Below are positions 21,079 to 29,268 of a stretch of DNA of 64,000 bases, in pieces. The stretch comes from Promethearchaeota archaeon. GTDB taxonomy: Archaea; Asgardarchaeota; Lokiarchaeia; Sigyniarchaeales; SOKP01. Below the pieces are notes generated by a model. It ran no database searches and had not been told where the DNA came from. It saw only the letters and a list, made by a program, of their open reading frames with translations. The number at the start of each line of letters is the position of its first letter. The first letter of the stretch is position 1. A program made the position numbers and the translations under genes. The stretch spans positions 96,001 to 160,000 of the forward strand of contig JBHLLT010000004.1 in NCBI GenBank assembly GCA_048938855.1. Reading direction: 5' to 3'.

Positions 21079-21453
21079 TTACTCTTGAATATCCTTTAGA
21101 TCTTCATCAATTGATTTTAAAAATTTTTTTTGAGTCATTTCATCTTTGAAGTCATCTTCAAATGAATCTGCTAAAGCTTCTAAATCTTGATCTGACATGA
21201 GATTATCTTCATCAATTTCACTGTATAGAAATTCTTTAAAAAACTCAAAACCACAATCCCTACATTCAATCAGCTCTCCATAATCTATATATTCATTGGA
21301 TTGACAATTAGGACAGCGAAATTCTGAAGGCATTTTTGGATGAAATATCATAAGTAGATATGTAATAACTAATAATATGAACACTGAGAATATAAACCTA
21401 TCATCATAAATGTAAAAAATCATGCAAATAGGTAAAATTGCGGGAATATACAT
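21079..21453 (-). CDS. membrane-anchored zinc-ribbon protein
   Basis: GGTGA ribosome-binding site, hydrophobic N-terminus, CPNC...CRDC, acidic tail. Confidence 0.6.
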   Translation of the reverse strand: MYIPAILPICMIFYIYDDRFIFSVFILLVITYLLMIFHPKMPSEFRCPNCQSNEYIDYGELIECRDCGFEFFKEFLYSEIDEDNLMSDQDLEALADSFEDDFKDEMTQKKFLKSIDEDLKDIQE

Positions 21454-21523
21454 TTCACCTTCTGTTTTCTAGCTTAGATTTATCTTTTCTTTTTAAATAA
21501 AAATAAGATCAAATATTTTCTGC

Positions 21524-21538
21524 TTTTTCCTTTAAATA
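21524..21538 (+). promoter_or_regulatory. block-specific promoter TTTTTCC-TTTAAATA
   Basis: About 55 nt upstream of the unannotated + strand gene at 21591. Confidence 0.65.
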
Positions 21539-21590
21539 CAATCAATTAAATGTTTAATTAATATAAATAGTAAAAGGCAAAGTGATGTGA

Positions 21591-21974
21591 ATTTCGAAAA
21601 AACACGAATTTGATACTAGATATATCGTAAAACCGAAATATGAACCATCTCGAAGGATTATTGCTATATTCTTTTGTATTTTATTATTTGTTTTCGTATT
21701 TTTTCCAGTTTTTGGGTTAAATTGGAGATACCAAATTGGAGGTGCATTATCTAGTATTATTGATGGAATAGGTACATTTTCTATAGCAATTGGTGGACTT
21801 CTTACTTTAGTGGGTTTTGTGGGAATTTTTACAAGGAGTTCGCATTGGGCTAGAAATGTAATAATTGGGATAGCGTTATTATGGATTGGATGCTGGTGTA
21901 CTGGATCAGTAGTTGATTTCTTTGGTATATTAATAGGGGATTCCACCTCTTCGGGGGGTGGTGGATATCATTAA
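21591..21974 (+). CDS. three-TM membrane protein with apparent ATT start (missing from ORF track)
   Basis: 127 sense codons, ISKKHEF...RIIAIFFCILLFVFVFFP...GGGGYH; GTGATG site and promoter upstream; in-frame TGA immediately before the ATT. Confidence 0.75.
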   Translation: MSKKHEFDTRYIVKPKYEPSRRIIAIFFCILLFVFVFFPVFGLNWRYQIGGALSSIIDGIGTFSIAIGGLLTLVGFVGIFTRSSHWARNVIIGIALLWIGCWCTGSVVDFFGILIGDSTSSGGGGYH

Positions 21975-22117
21975 TAATTCTTTTGCGTGGAATCTTATTT
22001 CTGTTTTTTATCCTTAATTATGTTCGAAAGATTGAACACAATTATCTTAATAAGGTATTTTAACGGTATCATTATATGAAATTAAGGTTATATCTCTAAG
22101 AAATTTAAAGATTAAAA

Positions 22118-22768
22118 ATGAAAATAAGAAGAAACAAAGTCTTCAACCCATTGAAAAAAAGGAATATCCGAATTATCTTCTTTAATCCTTATTCACCTTT
22201 CATTAAATCAGTAGGATATTTAATTATCATATTTTCGTTTCAATTTCCTTGGTATTGTTCACATACTTATTATTTTAACAGACCTACTATTATTTATTAT
22301 CATGTCAGCCAAATTTTAAATGCTCCAAATGTTTATTTTTGCTTCATACTTTTAGGTGTTTTTGGTGGATTTTTATTAAATTGTTTATCTTTAGTTCGTA
22401 AACTAAACTTAGGATACATCCATTTAACATTGTTAGCTTTGTTAGAACTAATCTTAGTTATCCCAATGATGTGTTATCCAATTATCTGTGTAGAATTTTA
22501 TTATGGATATATTTGGTATCTCGAAGATATAAATAGGTATTTTATTCAATGTGGATATTATATTAACGTTTTTGGCAATCTAATATTATTACTAGATGTA
22601 ATAATTAAAAGGGGTCTCATTTCTCATTATTTTAGAAATTGGAAATATAATTCTCTTTTAATAAGAAAATTGGAAAATATTGACAATACAATTCAACATT
22701 TGCATGTTAAAAGAGTATCAGTAAATCCTAAAATACTTAATTCCTGTATGAACTCCACAAATAGCTAA
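22118..22768 (+). CDS. hypothetical membrane protein
   Basis: Several hydrophobic segments; 3' end overlaps the convergent gene by 51 nt. Confidence 0.55.
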   Translation: MKIRRNKVFNPLKKRNIRIIFFNPYSPFIKSVGYLIIIFSFQFPWYCSHTYYFNRPTIIYYHVSQILNAPNVYFCFILLGVFGGFLLNCLSLVRKLNLGYIHLTLLALLELILVIPMMCYPIICVEFYYGYIWYLEDINRYFIQCGYYINVFGNLILLLDVIIKRGLISHYFRNWKYNSLLIRKLENIDNTIQHLHVKRVSVNPKILNSCMNSTNS

Positions 22769-22936
22769 TAATATAATAGAGACTATAATAACTCCCGTCA
22801 TCTTATGCTTCTGAAATTGACCCAAAAAGAGAAAACCTAATATTCCCACTATTAAACCAAGCATACCGATTATTGACCCTAATGCCATTAAAAATTCTAT
22901 CGCTTCTACAATACCATCAAAATAATCGAATATCAT
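22718..22936 (-). CDS. small two-TM protein, VirB2/CedA1-pilin-like architecture
   Basis: Amphipathic N-helix, Gly-rich TM, basic loop, second TM; promoter variant at 22961-22975. Confidence 0.6.
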   Translation of the reverse strand: MIFDYFDGIVEAIEFLMALGSIIGMLGLIVGILGFLFLGQFQKHKMTGVIIVSIILLAICGVHTGIKYFRIY

Positions 22937-22988
22937 AGTAATTAATAATATTATCAGATCTTTATAAATAAAAAATTGAACTAACTAC

Positions 22989-23004
22989 TTTTTTTCTTTA
23001 AATA
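22989..23004 (+). promoter_or_regulatory. block-specific promoter TTTTTTTC-TTTAAATA
   Basis: Exact motif upstream of the 23043 gene. Confidence 0.7.
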
Positions 23005-23042
23005 TTCGAGAATTACTTATATTCAATCATTATACAAATTCG

Positions 23043-23369
23043 ATGTTTATTATGAGAAAAATAGATGAGATTGGAATCTGTCCAAATTGCGATTGTACGA
23101 TTTCTATTTTCAAAACTCGGAATTACAAGCGATTTGCAAAATGTGAGATATGCGGTATGTCTTATGCATTACCAAAACGAGGCTCTATTAATAATTCTGC
23201 TTTACTTTGTCCAAGGAGTAAGTTTCCAATTTTAATTGTAGATAAAAAAGACCATAAAGCATATTTTTGGACTGACCAGCCTTGTTTTGGTTGTGTTTCA
23301 TTTGACAAGTGTGAACAAATAAAAGATCTAATCTCTGAATTTACTGAACTTAAGGTGTATGGATATTAA
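23043..23369 (+). CDS. double zinc-ribbon protein (topoisomerase C4 zinc-finger-like)
   Basis: IGICPNC...RFAKCEICG.SY.LP...CP...CFGC....C. Confidence 0.7.
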   Translation: MFIMRKIDEIGICPNCDCTISIFKTRNYKRFAKCEICGMSYALPKRGSINNSALLCPRSKFPILIVDKKDHKAYFWTDQPCFGCVSFDKCEQIKDLISEFTELKVYGY

Positions 23370-24369
23370 TCGGTTTAAAGTTATCATATTTACCATTTTT
23401 ATAATTCTTTCAAGTATTTCAATGGGCTCAACGAATTTTTTTATCCTTTTTGTTAAAGCAAGTGAAAATGAAGCTCTTCACACAAATTCTATTGGCGATG
23501 TAATAACGGATAAGGTTTATAATTTTACAGTGGAGGAACCAATTTTAGTATTTAACGATGTCATTCTTTTCGAGAAATATTATTATTATGATATTATGGC
23601 TGTGGTGGTGACTCCTCATACCTGCGATTTGAATATAACTTTATTTGATCCAGAAGGCGATCCGTATGAAATTACTTATGAGTCAAATATGGTTCAGGAT
23701 GATTATAGAATTATTCCTTTTGGAACAGCACTCACAGGAAATTACACCATATTATTTGAGGCAATACTTATAGAAAATCTTAATATTCATATAAAAATTG
23801 AACGAGGGTTCAAATGTCTTTATGATGAAATAGCTGGTGATGAACTTCAAAAATTGAAATATTATGACGTGAGAAAGTTCAAAAATGGAACTAAAATTGT
23901 CTTTAACACAACCTTTAAAAGTGATTGGTATTATAAATTTTATTTTGAAAGAGTCTCTCCAATCTCTAAAAAATTGAGCTGTTATGTTGTAATGGAGCAC
24001 GACATTATAAGTTCTATTGGAATACCATATACAATTTATAGAAATGAATCTCTTGAATTTCAAATATCCTCTATATACAGATTTGGTACAGCTGTCGAAG
24101 GACTTTATATTATGAATTTAACGATATATTGTAATGTTCCCTGTGTAAACATCGCTTTTGCAGTTGTAGAAAGTTACAGGATTGCGGATGAGATCGATCC
24201 GAATGATGACGATCCACCCCCAGATATACCAGGAAATAACACTTCGGGAATGGATGTAATTATCCCAACTGCATGGACAGTAGGTATGATAGTGTTTGTA
24301 GGAAGCGCTGTAGCTATACCTATCTTAATCGTTGTCAGTCGAAAAAAGAAAAATCCAATAACGATTTAA
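23359..24369 (+). CDS. secreted, C-terminally anchored surface protein
   Basis: Signal sequence, beta-rich body with N-x-T/S sequons, DDDPPP linker, TM followed by RKKK. Confidence 0.75.
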   Translation: MDINRFKVIIFTIFIILSSISMGSTNFFILFVKASENEALHTNSIGDVITDKVYNFTVEEPILVFNDVILFEKYYYYDIMAVVVTPHTCDLNITLFDPEGDPYEITYESNMVQDDYRIIPFGTALTGNYTILFEAILIENLNIHIKIERGFKCLYDEIAGDELQKLKYYDVRKFKNGTKIVFNTTFKSDWYYKFYFERVSPISKKLSCYVVMEHDIISSIGIPYTIYRNESLEFQISSIYRFGTAVEGLYIMNLTIYCNVPCVNIAFAVVESYRIADEIDPNDDDPPPDIPGNNTSGMDVIIPTAWTVGMIVFVGSAVAIPILIVVSRKKKNPITI

Positions 24370-24454
24370 TTTTTTTATCTTTTTGATTTTAATGCTAAGA
24401 GTATATATTTCCAAAAGTCAAAGAATTATATTTTATTCTTCTATCGCTTTTAAT

Positions 24455-24850
24455 ATGGAACAACTCGAAAACATCTTTTTAGAAACAAAAAAAATTTTAG
24501 AAAAGAATTCAGAAACATTTCTTGTAAAGGATCAATATATTGGTTCTCAAGCTAAGCAGAAAAAGGCAGGATATCACTTGTACGGAAGTAAACGGATTAG
24601 TATATTTGGAAAAAAATCTCAACCTACATATATAGCCGGTGTAATTCAACAAAAAAGTTATATAAGCTTTTATTTCTCCCCAATTTATTCACACCCGGAA
24701 TTATTCTCAGATATCAGTCCAAATCTTAGAAAAGTGTTAAAGGGAAAATCCTGCTATAACATTAATAAAACTTCACCTCAACTTCTTATAGAAATTGAGA
24801 GTATATTAGAAAAAGGAATTAATAAATATAAAGAGATTGAATGGATTTAA
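24455..24850 (+). CDS. DUF1801/YdhG-like protein
   Basis: YISFYFSPIY...L.K.LKGKSCYN motif; start moved to MEQLE. Confidence 0.65.
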   Translation: MEQLENIFLETKKILEKNSETFLVKDQYIGSQAKQKKAGYHLYGSKRISIFGKKSQPTYIAGVIQQKSYISFYFSPIYSHPELFSDISPNLRKVLKGKSCYNINKTSPQLLIEIESILEKGINKYKEIEWI

Positions 24851-24868
24851 CCCTTCAATATGGTTTTT

Positions 24869-25372
24869 TTATCTAACATTCCATTGCATTGCACATTCAC
24901 CAACTCCACCTTTCTGGACACCCTCAAACCGCATATTTCTAAAACCAAACTTGTTTTTTACTTTAGATAAGATCCCCATCATAACTTGAGGAAACATACA
25001 AGCAGGGCTCCCGTAATCATGGTATCTGTAATATGTATTAGCAAAACACATTTTACAGCTGTCTTGATAAGCGAGAACTTTAATAATATTTCCTTCTGTA
25101 TCTTTCTTTACATTAACCTTAGCATTATCGGTTATTGCCCATTCTCGCTCTAAAAATTCCTGTAATCTTTTCAAAAAATCTTCAATAGTCTCAATACCTT
25201 CCTCATTAAATTCTTTTCCAATAGTTCGTCCAATCTTTGTTAAAATTTCGTCTTTTTTATCTGCGGGAAGGGCTTTCTGTAAAGCATACCATAGCTTGAA
25301 AAAAGTACCGTAAGACACCGTATCAAATCGAGTTGGTAAATCATTTACTTCATCTTTTGTTAAAGTTGTCAT
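24869..25372 (-). CDS. V4R/MetOD1-like ligand-binding protein
   Basis: IGRTIG, C.MC, PACMFP..MMGIL and GECAM pattern. Confidence 0.55.
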   Translation of the reverse strand: MTTLTKDEVNDLPTRFDTVSYGTFFKLWYALQKALPADKKDEILTKIGRTIGKEFNEEGIETIEDFLKRLQEFLEREWAITDNAKVNVKKDTEGNIIKVLAYQDSCKMCFANTYYRYHDYGSPACMFPQVMMGILSKVKNKFGFRNMRFEGVQKGGVGECAMQWNVR

Positions 25373-25568
25373 TATTATTTTACACTAATAATTATTGTTA
25401 TATCTTATTTACACCAAAAGAAGTTCGTATCTTAAGGGTTTTGATTATCTAATATTAAAAATCATAGAATGTAGATTAAATAAAATATGTATAGTTAGCT
25501 AATTATTAATGTTTTAAAATTGAAGAATTAAGATAAATTTCACATTAAAAAGATAAAAAAATAAGAAT

Positions 25569-26798
25569 TTAAGTATTAATTAATACCTTAGCATTATTCT
25601 GCCAGTCTGTGACTGTTTTCACTGAAGCTCCAGATATACTTACTGAAAGTTCTTCAGGATTAGCCTCTAATAAATCTGAAATAGTTATGATTCCTTGATT
25701 TCGTAAATTCTCCACAGTTCCCTTTCCAATACCTTTCACTTGAAGTAATTCAATTTCTTTATTTTCAGAAGAAGTGTCACTATTTTCTGCATCAGTTTCT
25801 TCATATAATGTTTCAATTTCAAAATCCAATCCAGGTGATTCAGGGAGGTCAACCTTATCAGTGTCAGCCACTCCAGCTCCAGTTATATAAAATTCTGCTT
25901 CTTCTGGAGGAAGGTCTGGAGCATCTACTATAACTGCTCTTCGTTTTAGCGAGTTGTTTGAGGAAAAACCTTTTGTTTTAAACATTACTCTGAAATGACA
26001 CCCATGAGCAACAATGTTGCCTCCAATTGCGTCATCTGCTGAAAACAATCCCATCATTTTAGTAGCAACTTGATTAGTAAGTAACACAGCACAATTATAA
26101 GTTTCGGCAATACGAGATAATCCATGAATCATATTATTTAAAACTGCTTGTCTAGGTGCGAGTTTTCCAATTCCTATATATTCTGCCCTTAACAGTGCCA
26201 TTAGACTGTCAATAATAATCAAACGAACCCCACGAGTTTTACAGAGAGCTTCAGCTTTTTGAATCATCTGTTCTTGATGATCAGAAGAATAAATCCGAGC
26301 ATGAAAAATTTTAGAGAGGACATCTTTAGGACTGAGTTCAAATCTTTTTGCGATACGTTTGATTTTTTCTTTTGAAAAAGTATTTTCAGTATCAATATAA
26401 GCAACAGCGCTATTTATTCCTCCCCTTTTTTCAGGAAGTTGAACTGTTACTGAAATTGTATGCGCTAAGGCGGTCTTTCCAGACTTAAATGGGCCATAAA
26501 CTTCAGTGAGTTTTCCAGTTTGGAATCCACCTCCTAAGATACGATTTAATTCAGCTGAACCTGTAGTAAAATATTCAACATTGTCATCAATTTTTGCAGC
26601 TGGAGTAAAGTCAGTCATTCCTAACGCATTTCTCGCATTCCAGATTAACTTTTTTGCTGTCTTCTCTCCTAATCCATCAATATTAGCAACGATAGAATGA
26701 GGACTCATTGCTAATGCTTCAGCAGTACTTATTCCATTCTCTTGTAGTAGCTTTATTTGGCGTGAATTGATTCCCTTTACTTGATCTAAATCTGCCAT
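25569..26798 (-). CDS. radA: RadA/Rad51 recombinase paralog with extra C-terminal HhH domain
   Basis: N-terminal HhH, EVYGPFKSGKT, YIDTENTF, LIIIDS, LTNQV, GGNIVAH; acidic linker then VKGIGKGT HhH. Confidence 0.9.
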   Translation of the reverse strand: MADLDQVKGINSRQIKLLQENGISTAEALAMSPHSIVANIDGLGEKTAKKLIWNARNALGMTDFTPAAKIDDNVEYFTTGSAELNRILGGGFQTGKLTEVYGPFKSGKTALAHTISVTVQLPEKRGGINSAVAYIDTENTFSKEKIKRIAKRFELSPKDVLSKIFHARIYSSDHQEQMIQKAEALCKTRGVRLIIIDSLMALLRAEYIGIGKLAPRQAVLNNMIHGLSRIAETYNCAVLLTNQVATKMMGLFSADDAIGGNIVAHGCHFRVMFKTKGFSSNNSLKRRAVIVDAPDLPPEEAEFYITGAGVADTDKVDLPESPGLDFEIETLYEETDAENSDTSSENKEIELLQVKGIGKGTVENLRNQGIITISDLLEANPEELSVSISGASVKTVTDWQNNAKVLINT

Positions 26799-26857
26799 CC
26801 TTCTGGTATATCAACTCCATTTTTAAAAATTTTGTTGATATACACTTCTATTTAGTA

Positions 26858-26873
26858 TATTTAAAGAAAAAAA
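26858..26873 (-). promoter_or_regulatory. block-specific promoter of the radA paralog
   Basis: Exact TTTTTTTC-TTTAAATA motif. Confidence 0.7.
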
Positions 26874-26985
26874 GTAAAGAAAAAGAAGGATATACAACAA
26901 AAAGCTATATCAAAGAGAAAAAAATCCCAAATTTAGAAATTTATATTTCTTCTTTTTCTTGTTAAAAAAATAATTATATTAAAGC

Positions 26986-27004
26986 TATTTAAAGAAAAAA
27001 AAAA
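26986..27004 (-). promoter_or_regulatory. second block-specific promoter upstream of radA
   Basis: Exact motif; followed by a 12-bp inverted repeat rather than an ORF. Confidence 0.6.
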
Positions 27005-27014
27005 GGTAGATTAA

Positions 27015-27224
27015 TTATTCTTTTATTAAAAAATAACCAATTCCTCCTTGGGCTGATGTAACATTAATAACTTTAAATCCGGTTGAATCTATATGTTGTT
27101 CAATATATTGAAGAGCTTCTTGAAAGAAATCCTTCTTTTTGATTTTAATTTCTTTAGTTTCCATCGAACTATGGTGGAGTAATTGCTCAGTCATTCTGGA
27201 GAGAAAAATAATTTCAGTTTTCAT
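27015..27224 (-). CDS. small hypothetical protein
   Basis: 69 aa ORF with AGGGA ribosome-binding-like site. Confidence 0.6.
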   Translation of the reverse strand: MKTEIIFLSRMTEQLLHHSSMETKEIKIKKKDFFQEALQYIEQHIDSTGFKVINVTSAQGGIGYFLIKE

Positions 27225-27314
27225 TCTTATCCCTTTTTTTTACAAAAATTTTACCTAAAATATCATCTAACAAATATTTATATCTATCTCATTCATAGCG
27301 AAGGTTTAAAAAAA

Positions 27315-27385
27315 AAACTGAATCCCTCACAGGGATAATCATCCAATAACTACCATTTTTTTATTGGAATCATTTTTTCAAGTTT
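27315..27385 (-). promoter_or_regulatory. SECIS element 1 (eukaryote-like)
   Basis: AUGAU-UCCAAUAA-AAAAAUGGUAG-UUAUUGGA-UGAU directly 3' of a TGA-containing ORF. Confidence 0.85.
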
Positions 27386-27587
27386 AAGATAAATCTATTC
27401 TGTGAAAGAGGCTTACGTATAAAACGATCAAAACAATTGCAGTTAATAAAAAGATCACTGAAGCTATAAGATAATTAACATAAAAACCTCACGCCCCCGA
27501 TTCAAGATAACAAGCTATAGATGTTATTACTGATCCTATTATGGCTACAAGAATTATTGCTTTCTTTAAGTTTTCATTCAACAGCAT
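27384..27587 (-). CDS. putative small two-TM selenoprotein (67 aa, Sec33)
   Basis: MLLNENLKKAIILVAIIGSVITSIACYLESGA-U-GFYVNYLIASVIFLLTAIVLIVLYVSLFHRIDLS; TGA at 27489-27491; alternative TTG start at 27581. Confidence 0.82.
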
Positions 27588-27700
27588 CACTTTTTTCTGT
27601 TTGAGAGTTTGTTTTAATCAAATATTAATTCGATTAAATATAAAAAATTTGACTATGAAATAATCGCAAGTAGAAATATTAAAAAGGAAAAATAAAAGTA

Positions 27701-28099
27701 TTATTCATTTAGAAGAATTTTTAATCCTTGAATAAGTTCTTGAGGAGTTACTCCATATAAAAGTGCCTGATGCATCATTTTAATGTTTATATCAATTAGA
27801 GAATCTAAGTCTTTTCCCGGTTGAAATTTCACCATTAGTTTCTTGATAATTTTATATACTGAGAATTTATTTTGCTTTAATTTCCCAAAATAGCCTCCAT
27901 ATGCCAAGAAGAGGTTTGCCATGAGTTCAAGGTCTTCTTGTGAGTTATTTTTATAACACTCTTCGCATACCACTCCAAAACTAAGTCCTTCCTGATATAT
28001 TGAAGCTCCTCGTTTGATTTCATTTCTACAAATCCCACATTTTATCACATCACGAGATAAATGGGTGGTCGGTTCTATATTAATTGAATTGATTTCCAT
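27701..28099 (-). CDS. zinc-finger hypothetical protein
   Basis: CGIC...CEEC; block promoter about 24 nt upstream (probably leaderless). Confidence 0.7.
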   Translation of the reverse strand: MEINSINIEPTTHLSRDVIKCGICRNEIKRGASIYQEGLSFGVVCEECYKNNSQEDLELMANLFLAYGGYFGKLKQNKFSVYKIIKKLMVKFQPGKDLDSLIDINIKMMHQALLYGVTPQELIQGLKILLNE

Positions 28100-28120
28100 A
28101 ATATTCTTTAATACTAGGTA

Positions 28121-28135
28121 TATTTAAAGAAAAAA
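28121..28135 (-). promoter_or_regulatory. block-specific promoter TTTTTTC-TTTAAATA
   Basis: Exact motif. Confidence 0.7.
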
Positions 28136-28233
28136 GGGTAGAAAATAGTTTGATAAATGTATATAAAACCCGAACTATTTTCACATTTGATGTCTAAATA
28201 TTAAAATAAAATAATGATTTTAGCAAAATATTA

Positions 28234-28299
28234 CCAAAATCCTGGGCGAGGATAATCATCCAATAACTACCATTTTTTTATTGGAATCATTTTTCTTGG
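28234..28299 (-). promoter_or_regulatory. SECIS element 2 (eukaryote-like)
   Basis: Same core as SECIS 1 with a different but complementary basal helix (CCAAGA/UUUUGG). Confidence 0.85.
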
Positions 28300-28314
28300 A
28301 TTTAAACCTGAATT

Positions 28315-28530
28315 TTACTTATTCGATTTTCTTTTATCTTCTATGTATAACATTCTGATTACACCGAGTAACACACAAGCAATTATGAAACTAGCAAACA
28401 TCACATATGGAGGAAATAATAAATAACTACCTCAAGCTGAAAGCATCGACATCACTAACATGCTAATACCAAAAATTATGAAAATAAAAGAAACAACACC
28501 TAAAATTCCTTTAACTACTGCATTTGACAT
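28315..28530 (-). CDS. putative small two-TM selenoprotein (71 aa, Sec33)
   Basis: MSNAVVKGILGVVSFIFIIFGISMLVMSMLSA-U-GSYLLFPPYVMFASFIIACVLLGVIRMLYIEDKRKSNK; TGA at 28432-28434. Confidence 0.82.
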
Positions 28531-28593
28531 AAAAATCATTCTATTTTGTTATTCACTTATCCTGAATTTTAAAATCGTTTAGATCTTTAATCT

Positions 28594-28803
28594 TTATTTA
28601 TTTTGTATTAATGGGAGCACAATATATATTACAATTGATACTATTGCAATGCTATCACTAATTATCGCGGGTATTGTGAGATATCTTATATTTCATGATA
28701 AAACAGGGTAATAGTACGGGGAAAGTATATGTAAAACGACACCGATAACACCAAATATACATATAAGACTCAATAGAATTGTCTTGATTTTTTTAGTTTT
28801 CAT
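28594..28803 (-). CDS. putative small two-TM selenoprotein (69 aa, Sec37)
   Basis: MKTKKIKTILLSLICIFGVIGVVLHILSPYYYPVLS-U-NIRYLTIPAIISDSIAIVSIVIYIVLPLIQNK; TGA at 28693-28695. Confidence 0.78.
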
Positions 28804-28928
28804 CTGAAATCTTTATTTTCTGGCATTTATATTTATTTTTGTATATTATTTTCACTAATCACTATTTTAAGTTTATTATCAAAAGTTCTATAATTTTGTA
28901 TTAGTTGAAAGCTTACTTTGAATATTTC

Positions 28929-28993
28929 CCGAATCCCTCACAAGGATAATCATCCAATGACTATCATTTTTTCATTGGAATCATTTCTTTCGG
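28929..28993 (-). promoter_or_regulatory. SECIS element 3 (eukaryote-like)
   Basis: AUGAU-UCCAAUGA-AAAAAUGAUAG-UCAUUGGA-UGAU; compensatory A-U to G-C change versus copies 1 and 2; basal helix CCGAA/UUCGG. Confidence 0.85.
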
Positions 28994-29011
28994 TTTAAAT
29001 TTGAGTAAGAT

Positions 29012-29236
29012 CTAGCCTCTTATATCTTCCACCACTAAAACTATTAATACAACAATATAGACCAATGCTAAAAAGAGGCCTATAATCACTGAATAAACTG
29101 GATTTACTGATATTGTCCATGTTGTCGATGGAGCTCAAACAACAGTCATCATTGAGTCGATTATTGCTCTAAAAATGAAAAATAATGCACACATTATTAG
29201 AACTACTTTGGTTGTCCACTTCAATTCAAATCTCAT
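29012..29236 (-). CDS. putative small two-TM selenoprotein (74 aa, Sec34)
   Basis: MRFELKWTTKVVLIMCALFFIFRAIIDSMMTVV-U-APSTTWTISVNPVYSVIIGLFLALVYIVVLIVLVVEDIRG; TGA at 29135-29137; GAGTGAG site upstream. Confidence 0.8.
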
Positions 29237-29268
29237 TTTACTCACTCAACATATTAATCACAGAACAT

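Noticed and set aside
21554-21946. 130 aa minus-strand ORF in the track
   Set aside because: Antisense shadow of the + strand membrane gene 21591-21974, which has the promoter, a ribosome-binding site and sensible TM composition
27677-27692. TTTTTCCTTTTTAATA as a block promoter for the selenoprotein gene at 27587
   Set aside because: It lies right after the stop of the 27701 gene and fits a T-rich terminator; another TATA near 27640 is better placed
27315-28993. The three ~60-nt repeats as a CRISPR array, REP/MITE or terminator
   Set aside because: They are 0.7-0.9 kb apart with genes between them, there are no cas genes or terminal repeats, and each sits 3' of a TGA-containing ORF with SECIS-type covariation
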